IMG/VR virus record: IMGVR_UViG_2660238462_000002
From: a virus
Lineage: Duplodnaviria > Heunggongvirae > Uroviricota > Caudoviricetes
DNA: 14,514 nt
Reading direction: 5' to 3' (one strand)
This document shows, piece after piece, positions 7,429 through 12,849 of the stretch. Each line of letters begins with the position of its first letter. Within the stretch, counting starts at the first letter, position 1. Both the position numbers and the translations under genes were made by a program. The notes beneath the pieces are model-generated. The model did no database searches, was not told the DNA's origin, and saw nothing but the letters and a program-made list of their open reading frames with translations.

Positions 7429-8499
7429 ATGGCTAACGCCTGGCTCAGATTATGGCATGACATGCCAAATGACCCTAAGTGGCGAACAATTGCCAGGGTG
7501 TCAGGGCAGCCAATTGCAACAGTGATGGCAGTGTATATCCACCTCCTGGTGAGCGCGTCACGAAATGTCACGCGAGGTCACATTGATGTCACGACAGAAG
7601 ATTTGGCAAGTGCGCTCGACGTGACAGAAGAGGTAATTGATTCAATTTTGCAGACGATGCAGGGGCGGGTACTTGATGGTGATTTAATCACTGGATGGGA
7701 AAAACGCCAGGTGCTGAAAGAGGACAACGGCAATATTTCGCAAACCGCAAAATCTCCGGCAGAGCGCAAGAGGGCGCAGCGAGAGAGGGAAAGAAAGCGG
7801 GAACAAAATGGCGATTGTCACGGCGCGTCACGAAATGTCACGCACATGTCACGACGAGTCACGACAGATAAAGATACAGATAAAGATACAGATCAAGAAG
7901 ATCAAAACACTATGGTCCATGGCGTAAAAAACGCCACGAACCAGGCAGGGGATGTTCAGACCGTCAATCCTGGTCAGCCAGCAGGCACGACACCGGAAGC
8001 CGATTCAGCGTATGCGCTGAAAGCCGATTCGGGCGCTGTGCAGCAGGTGATGACCCCAAGGCCGGAGCAATCACACCAACTGCAGCAGCCTGAAGCCGAT
8101 TCCGCCATTCAGCGGGAAGCCGATCGGGTAGTCCCGGAAAACACCGGGCTGTCTGTGGGACGAGTGGATTATCCGGATGTGTTCGAACAGGTCTGGCGGG
8201 AGTACCCGTTGCGTGCCGGAGCAAACCCGAAGAAATCCGCTTTCAGTGCCTGGAAGGCCAGATTACGCGAGGGGGTGCCACCAGAGGCCATGCTGGATGG
8301 CGTGAGGCGTTACGCAAGATACTTGGCGGCTACCGGGAAAACGGGAACGGAATTTGTTCAGCGAGCGACGACGTTTTTTGGACCGGACCGGAATTTTGAG
8401 AACCCCTGGTTGCTCCCGGTAAGCGGCACGAACAACCAGCGTTGTGTGAATCATATTTCTGAACCGGATACCGAAATTCCACCGGGCTTCAGGGGGTAA
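7429..8499 (+). CDS. Phage replication initiation / replisome-organizer protein (O-like), 356 aa, with embedded origin iterons
   Basis: GAGG 5 nt upstream of ATG 7429. Two clusters of GTCACG direct repeats at helical-turn spacing lie inside the gene, followed by an AT-rich tandem repeat, as for lambda ori inside O. Call is by position and architecture. Confidence 0.7.
   Translation: MANAWLRLWHDMPNDPKWRTIARVSGQPIATVMAVYIHLLVSASRNVTRGHIDVTTEDLASALDVTEEVIDSILQTMQGRVLDGDLITGWEKRQVLKEDNGNISQTAKSPAERKRAQRERERKREQNGDCHGASRNVTHMSRRVTTDKDTDKDTDQEDQNTMVHGVKNATNQAGDVQTVNPGQPAGTTPEADSAYALKADSGAVQQVMTPRPEQSHQLQQPEADSAIQREADRVVPENTGLSVGRVDYPDVFEQVWREYPLRAGANPKKSAFSAWKARLREGVPPEAMLDGVRRYARYLAATGKTGTEFVQRATTFFGPDRNFENPWLLPVSGTNNQRCVNHISEPDTEIPPGFRG
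7557..7593. repeat. Iteron cluster 1: four GTCAC(G/A) direct repeats at 10-11 bp spacing
   Basis: GTCACG at 7557, 7567, 7588 and GTCACA at 7577. Shares the 19-mer GCGTCACGAAATGTCACGC with cluster 2. Confidence 0.8.
7817..7890. repeat. Iteron cluster 2 (five GTCACG repeats, 10-11 bp spacing) plus adjacent AT-rich tandem repeat GATAAAGATACA x2; putative ori
   Basis: GTCACG at 7817, 7827, 7837, 7848, 7858, followed by GATAAAGATACAGATAAAGATACAGAT at 7865-7890. Confidence 0.8.
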
Positions 8500-8539
8500 G
8501 TGTTGATTTCTGGTCATGAGGTAATTTTCAGGAGGGCTT

Positions 8540-8962
8540 GTGGCAAAAGTTTTTACACAAGAAGAGCGAGAAAAAATTAAAGGGCAGGTTGTTGAACTCG
8601 TACGCCAGAGTGGGCGTGAGACGTTACGGCAACTGGAAGTCAAGACAGGTGCGACAAGATATCTGATGAGCGTTCTCGCAAGAGAGCTGGTTGCCAGCGG
8701 CGATGTATACAACTCCGGCTACGGGTTATTCCCCTCTGAACAGGCGCGTAAGGACTGGCAAAACGCCCGCAAAAAACTCTCGAGGGCAAAGGTGAAGAAA
8801 CCTGCTGTGGTTGATCCGGACCTTATCTGGTCATCACCTGACGGAGAAATACGTCGCTACGACAGTCGCCTAAACATAATCTGTCGCGAGTGCCGGAAGA
8901 GTGAAGCTATGCAGCGTGTACTGGCTTTCTATCAGGGTAATTTTCAGGAGGCGGTACTGTGA
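8540..8962 (+). CDS. Hypothetical protein (140 aa), GTG start
   Basis: AGGAGG 4 nt upstream of GTG 8540. No recognisable motif beyond a C-terminal CRECRK. Stop abuts the next ORF. Confidence 0.55.
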   Translation: MAKVFTQEEREKIKGQVVELVRQSGRETLRQLEVKTGATRYLMSVLARELVASGDVYNSGYGLFPSEQARKDWQNARKKLSRAKVKKPAVVDPDLIWSSPDGEIRRYDSRLNIICRECRKSEAMQRVLAFYQGNFQEAVL

Positions 8963-9019
8963 GTGAAATTAGCTATCAGGCTTCAATTACCGCTGGCATT
9001 CGCATCAAAGGAGAGGAGC

Positions 9020-9376
9020 ATGGAAATAAAACCAGAGGATGAGTTAAGCAATATCGTTTTATTTCCGGTAAAAGAGGATGACCCTCGTAATCAGGTTAAT
9101 TTTCTTTATGAGCCATCGGAAAGACCATATTGTCATCACGCCTCTGTCCGGGTTGACGAAAAAGAGCGTCAGGTCCGCTGTAAAATCTGCGGTGCAGTTG
9201 TGGAGCCATTTGACTGGATGCTCTCTGTGGCGAAAAGAGAAACCAGACTGGCAGATGATGTAAGGCTCTTGCGTCAGGAGGAGCGGGAAAGGCGAAAAAA
9301 TATAGAAAAGCTAATTCAGATTGAGCGTAACGCGAAAGCGCGGATACGCAGGGCGACAAAATCCAGAACTGAATAA
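9020..9376 (+). CDS. Hypothetical zinc-ribbon protein (118 aa; 137 aa if the GTG at 8963 is used)
   Basis: GGAGAGGAG SD 5-7 nt upstream of ATG 9020. Motif YCHH...(13)...CKIC followed by a basic, coiled-coil-like tail (RLLRQEERERRKNIEKLIQIERNAKARIRR). Confidence 0.55.
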   Translation: MEIKPEDELSNIVLFPVKEDDPRNQVNFLYEPSERPYCHHASVRVDEKERQVRCKICGAVVEPFDWMLSVAKRETRLADDVRLLRQEERERRKNIEKLIQIERNAKARIRRATKSRTE

Positions 9377-9469
9377 TTAAATTTAGCTCTGTTAAAAATT
9401 TAATCCTTAACCGGAGGGATTTCTGCACCCTCAGAACATCAGGAGGCCGCCCGAAAGGGCGGTAGTTAA

Positions 9470-9652
9470 ATGCGAAAGTTTAAAATAATTATTGAAACGG
9501 GAATAGCCGGTGGAGATTTCGAGGATGAATTCGAAGTGGATGATGATGCGACGCCTGATGAAATACATGACGAAGCAAAAGATATTTTCTTTAACTACTG
9601 CAATTACTCATATCACGAAATAAAAGACGAAGAGGAAGAACAAAATGGCTGA
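9470..9652 (+). CDS. Small highly acidic protein (60 aa, about 20 Asp/Glu against 5 Lys/Arg)
   Basis: ORF in an AT-rich segment; AGGAGG at 9441-9446 is separated from the ATG by a GC hairpin (9447-9462). Net charge about -15. Confidence 0.5.
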   Translation: MRKFKIIIETGIAGGDFEDEFEVDDDATPDEIHDEAKDIFFNYCNYSYHEIKDEEEEQNG

Positions 9653-9821
9653 TTTTGGTTCAACTAAATACAACGTCAGTTTTGAAGAATGGCATGAACT
9701 GTTAATGGACTATGCAGAGTTACGTGGTGGCAGTGCTGCTGATGCTGAAGCATGGCGTGATGATTATGAAGCAGGAAAAACTCCGGTCGAAGCATATTGT
9801 GATGAGTGGGGCGATGAATGA
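9645..9821 (+). CDS. Small acidic protein (58 aa), overlapping the upstream gene (ATGGCTGA)
   Basis: Hand-translated: MADFGSTKYNVSFEEWHELLMDYAELRGGSAADAEAWRDDYEAGKTPVEAYCDEWGDE. About 16 acidic against 4 basic residues. Start overlaps the stop of the 60-aa gene and its stop overlaps the next ATG (ATGA). Confidence 0.5.
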   Translation: MADFGSTKYNVSFEEWHELLMDYAELRGGSAADAEAWRDDYEAGKTPVEAYCDEWGDE

Positions 9822-10075
9822 GCGAGGTTAATTATCAGGAAGGGCATGAAACGGCGGGGCAAGCAAAAACAGTGGCATGGCGATATCGCTACGTGAAAAA
9901 AAAGGCGTTACGGACTTTCAGGGGAAGTAGTGGTCTGGTGACTGGAAATATGTACCGAAAAAAGAGGATTGTAACGACAGGCCGAACTATGAAATTCAGG
10001 CCTTATTCACTGCCCCGCCAGTCCCGGTTACATCAGAAGAACTGGTTAAAGCTGTGCACTTTTATGAACAACTAA
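9818..10075 (+). pseudogene. Possible disrupted or frameshift-dependent ORF; the protein-like C-terminal part is in the -1 frame, ending at 10134
   Basis: The frame from ATG 9818 looks protein-like at first, then turns basic and low-complexity. The -1 frame from 9930 to 10134 reads as good protein (WSGDWKYVPKKEDCNDRPNYEIQALFTAPPVPVTSEELVKAVHFYEQLKRENPPASGNLITDSQIRQ) but has no start codon. Two A_AAA_AAG heptamers lie in the 0 frame at 9898-9904 and 9958-9964. Confidence 0.3.
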
Positions 10076-10304
10076 AACGCGAAAATCCACCAGCATCCGG
10101 AAACCTGATTACAGATTCCCAGATAAGGCAATGAGCTACCTGGCGCAGAACGGGCTGATAAGTATGGGGAATGTTTTACGATGAATATTTAGACTAAAGA
10201 GTTTGTAACGCTATGTAAGTGATTTTTTCTGGTTTAGATATTTATATGTCCGGCCAAATTGAGGTGTGTTTAAATGTAATTGCACATTGATTGTAGGAGG
10301 AATA

Positions 10305-10484
10305 ATGAAAAACGCATTGCAGTTTTTGTTTGTTGCGTTCTGGTTGTTCGTATCATGTATGCCCATCATCTTCACAGCAAGGTATATGGAAAAAGTTGAT
10401 GTTTTGATATTAATATTTGGATATATAAATGCCCTTTTTTTAGGGGTGTTCATGGCGGTCATGTGCATTGAATACTGGCGGTAA
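10305..10484 (+). CDS. Small hydrophobic membrane protein (59 aa, two predicted transmembrane segments) in an AT-rich cassette
   Basis: AGGAGG 4 nt upstream of ATG 10305. Sequence MKNALQFLFVAFWLFVSCMPIIF...ILIFGYINALFLGVFMAVMCI. Local composition is much more AT-rich than its surroundings. Confidence 0.5.
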   Translation: MKNALQFLFVAFWLFVSCMPIIFTARYMEKVDVLILIFGYINALFLGVFMAVMCIEYWR

Positions 10485-10686
10485 ATACAGCGAACGCCAT
10501 TGGTTTAGTTGGATATTTACTGTGCCGGACAAAAACGGTTTGCGGGGAAATCTTAGTTAAGTAGAATGACTGCGGGTGCTTGAGGCTATCTGTCTCAGGC
10601 ATGAACACCAAAAGGCAGATAGAGAAAAGCCCCAGTTAACATTACGCGTCCTGCAAGACGCTTAACATTAATCTGAGGCCATATCT

Positions 10687-10746
10687 ATGCGACACATAGA
10701 GATTAGCCTCTTACGGACCGAAAGGTCAAGGAGAAGCAGGCTATGA
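10687..10746 (+). CDS. Short leader ORF (19 codons) ending at the hok start codon; possible mok-like coupling ORF
   Basis: ATG 10687 with GAGG 9 nt upstream; its TGA stop overlaps the hok ATG (ATGA). Canonical mok is longer and overlaps hok, so this is tentative. Confidence 0.3.
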   Translation: MRHIEISLLRTERSRRSRL

Positions 10747-10898
10747 AGCAGCAAAAGGCGATGTTAATCGCCCTGATCGTCATCTGTTTAACCGTCATAG
10801 TGACGGCACTGGTAACGAGGAAAGACCTCTGCGAGGTACGAATCCGAACCGGCCAGACGGAGGTCGCTGTCTTCACAGCTTACGAACCTGAGGAGTAA
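10743..10898 (+). CDS. hok: Hok/Gef-family type I toxin (51 aa)
   Basis: MKQQKAMLIALIVICLTVIVTALVTRKDLCEVRIRTGQTEVAVFTAYEPEE has the Hok/Gef family signature (transmembrane helix, then RKDLCEV...TEVAVFTAYE) and appears identical or nearly so to HokD/RelF as I recall it. Absent from the ORF track because it is under 60 aa. Confidence 0.85.
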   Translation: MKQQKAMLIALIVICLTVIVTALVTRKDLCEVRIRTGQTEVAVFTAYEPEE

Positions 10899-10966
10899 GA
10901 GACCTGGCGGGGGAGAAATCCCTCGCCACCTCTGATGTGTCAGGCATCCTCAACGCACCCGCACGT

Positions 10967-10993
10967 AACCCGCTTCGGCGGGTTTTGTTTTTT
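10967..10993 (+). terminator. Rho-independent terminator downstream of hok
   Basis: AACCCGC-TTCG-GCGGGTT hairpin followed by TTTGTTTTTT. Confidence 0.8.
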
Positions 10994-11065
10994 CCTGGCA
11001 TTCTGGTTTACAATTCGCACGCCAGCCTGAACAACTGGCACCTGCTGCGCCAGCAGAGACAACCG

Positions 11066-11344
11066 ATGGCGCACGATACCAAATTACACAATTCTAATGA
11101 TTCTGCCGTCTTTGCCAGTAGGTGCGGACGGCGTTTTCACGCATTCAAATCAGACTGGTTCCAGCATCCTCCATGCACTGAAGAGCAGGCGGAATGGATA
11201 ATTCAGTGTTACCGCAGGCGCGGATACGAGGTTAAGAAAGCTCTTAGCCTCGACTACCGTCACTGGATAATCTCAGTCAGACTCCCTTACTCCGAACGCC
11301 CACCGCGTTCATCCCGCACATACCAGCAACGGATCTGGAGGTAA
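11066..11344 (+). CDS. Hypothetical Cys/His-containing protein (92 aa), in the position of Qin rem
   Basis: ATG 11066 is the first start after the hok terminator; the ORF-track start at 10937 would read through that terminator. Stop lies 1 nt before the YdfU-like GTG start. Confidence 0.5.
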   Translation: MAHDTKLHNSNDSAVFASRCGRRFHAFKSDWFQHPPCTEEQAEWIIQCYRRRGYEVKKALSLDYRHWIISVRLPYSERPPRSSRTYQQRIWR

Positions 11345-11345
11345 C

Positions 11346-12395
11346 GTGCGGGTATTACTTCGACCTGTTCTGGTACCGGAACTCGGGGTGGTGATCGTTA
11401 AGCCGGGCCGTGAATCCATGCCGGTATTCCACAATACCCGGGTACTGGTGGAGCCGGAACCGAAAAGCATGCGTAATCTGCCGTCCGGGGTCGTTCCTGC
11501 CGTTCGCCAGCCGCTGGTGGAAGACAAAACATTGCTGCCGTTTTTCAGTAACGCACGGGTGATTCGTGCTGCTGGTGGTGCTGGTGCATTGTCTGACTGG
11601 CTGTTGCGCCATATTAAATCCTGCCAGTGGCCACACGGCGATTATCACCACAGTGAAACCGTCATTCACCGTTATGGTACCGGCGCAATGGTGTTGTGCT
11701 GGCACTGCGACAACCAGCTGCGTGACCAGACATCCGAATCACTCGAGCAACTTGCTCATCAAAACCTGTCAGCATGGATGATTGACGTCATCGGTCACGC
11801 AATAAGCGGTACGCAGGAGCGTGAATTATCTCTGGCTGAATTATCCTGGTGGGCGGTCCGAAATCAGGTGGCGGATGCGCTACCTGAAGCGGTATTACGT
11901 CGCTCGCTGGGATTACCAGCGGAAAAAATCCGCTCAATGTACCGCGAAAGCGACATCGTACCGGGAGAGCAGACCGCCACCAGCATATTGAAACAGCGCA
12001 CAAAAAATCTTGCACTGTTGCCTCACGCCCACCAGGAACAACACCCACTACAGGAAAGGACGGTGGTAAGCATCACCGTTGATCCTGAGTCTCCGGAATC
12101 TTTCATGAAGCTACCTAAACGTCGCCGCTGGGTTAAGGAGAAATACACTCGCTGGGTGAAGACACAGCCGTGTGCTTGCTGCGGTATGCCAGCCGACGAT
12201 CCGCATCATCTGATTGGTCACGGGCAGGGCGGAATGGGAACCAAAGCACATGATCTTTTTGTGTTGCCTTTATGCAGAAAGCATCACGACGAACTGCATA
12301 CGGATACCGTGGCATTTGAAGAGAAGTATGGCTCCCAACTGGAGCTGATTTTTCGATTTATCGATCACGCGCTGGCAATTGGTGTGCTGGCCTAA
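11346..12395 (+). CDS. ydfU: DUF968-family protein with C-terminal HNH-like nuclease motif (YdfU-like), 349 aa
   Basis: GGAGG 5 nt upstream of GTG 11346. Same length as Qin YdfU. C-terminal CACCG...DDPHHLIGHG...C..HHDELH is an HNH / zinc-finger nuclease signature. Sits immediately upstream of a Q-like gene, as in Qin. Confidence 0.75.
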   Translation: MRVLLRPVLVPELGVVIVKPGRESMPVFHNTRVLVEPEPKSMRNLPSGVVPAVRQPLVEDKTLLPFFSNARVIRAAGGAGALSDWLLRHIKSCQWPHGDYHHSETVIHRYGTGAMVLCWHCDNQLRDQTSESLEQLAHQNLSAWMIDVIGHAISGTQERELSLAELSWWAVRNQVADALPEAVLRRSLGLPAEKIRSMYRESDIVPGEQTATSILKQRTKNLALLPHAHQEQHPLQERTVVSITVDPESPESFMKLPKRRRWVKEKYTRWVKTQPCACCGMPADDPHHLIGHGQGGMGTKAHDLFVLPLCRKHHDELHTDTVAFEEKYGSQLELIFRFIDHALAIGVLA

Positions 12396-12412
12396 TTTTG
12401 TGGAGTAAGTTG

Positions 12413-12461
12413 ATGCGTGATATTCAGATGGTTCTTGAGCGTTGGGGAGCGTGGGCGGCTA
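12413..12461 (+). CDS. Antitermination protein Q-like, 5' fragment only (16 codons), interrupted by the N run
   Basis: GGAG 7 nt upstream of ATG 12413. MRDIQMVLERWGAWAA matches the N-terminus of lambdoid Q-family proteins (Qin quuQ-like) as recalled. The reading frame runs into N at 12462. Confidence 0.65.
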
Positions 12462-12471
12462 NNNNNNNNNN
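12462..12471. other. Run of 10 ambiguous bases (N): assembly gap or masked sequence
   Basis: Seen directly in the sequence. It separates the prophage Q fragment from the asnB 3' flank. Confidence 0.99.
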
Positions 12472-12802
12472 TCTTTTTTTTCGCGATACCTTATCGGCGT
12501 TGCGGGGCGCATTATGCGTATAGAGCCTTGCAGCGTCAACCTCTTTTTCAAGGAAAATTGCTCGAAAGTGACTGTTTGGTTAGGTTGCGAACAGCGTGGC
12601 GCTATATTCGTCAATTATTGTTTACTTTGTGTTTTTTCCCACCCTACAGCCATTCTTTTGTCATACAGGATGAAATTCGGAATTTAACAATAGTGGTGGG
12701 AAATTAATCTATGAAATACTGGCCTACAGTGATGAGTTGTCAAACAGTGATGTGGCAAACCCGGAACATTTCCTTACTGCATATCAGAATCAACAAGCAC
12801 CT

Positions 12803-12838
12803 CAATAACTGAAACAGCCCCGGATTTCACCGGGGCTG
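12803..12838 (-). terminator. Intrinsic terminator downstream of asnB (hairpin CAGCCCCGG/CCGGGGCTG), possibly bidirectional
   Basis: 9-bp GC-rich inverted repeat at 12815-12838 with T-rich flanks on both strands, 12 bp past the asnB stop. Confidence 0.7.
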
Positions 12839-12849
12839 TTTCGCATTTC

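Larger units (their letters stand above)
1..12471. mobile_element. Lambdoid (Qin/Rac-like) prophage segment: int-xis-exonuclease-dicBF operon-immunity-replication-accessory-hok-ydfU-Q fragment; right end undefined because of the N gap
   Basis: Gene order and content typical of lambdoid prophages. Integrase stop codon sits at bases 2-4, so the left attachment site lies outside the window. The Q-like gene is interrupted by N at 12462-12471. Confidence 0.8.

Noticed and set aside
7014-8712. Minus-strand ORFs (63-149 aa) antisense to the YdaT-like and replication genes
   Set aside because: Antisense to strongly supported plus-strand genes; Pro/Arg/Ser-rich translations typical of GC-rich antisense frames.
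10937-11344. 135-aa version of the rem-like ORF starting at 10937
   Set aside because: This start would place the hok intrinsic terminator (10967-10993) inside the coding sequence; the ATG at 11066 downstream of the terminator is used instead.
12417-12707. ORFs 12417-12707 and 12442-12687 spanning the N run
   Set aside because: Both translate across 10 ambiguous bases and continue into AT-rich non-coding asnB flank, so they are artefacts of the gap. Only the 16-codon Q fragment before the N run is interpretable.
12472-12849. Expected tRNA gene (possible attachment site) in the asnB 3' flank
   Set aside because: I found no tRNA-like conserved T-loop/acceptor sequence (for example GGTTCGAATCC) on either strand by eye, so no tRNA is called. 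A proper tRNAscan would be needed to be certain.
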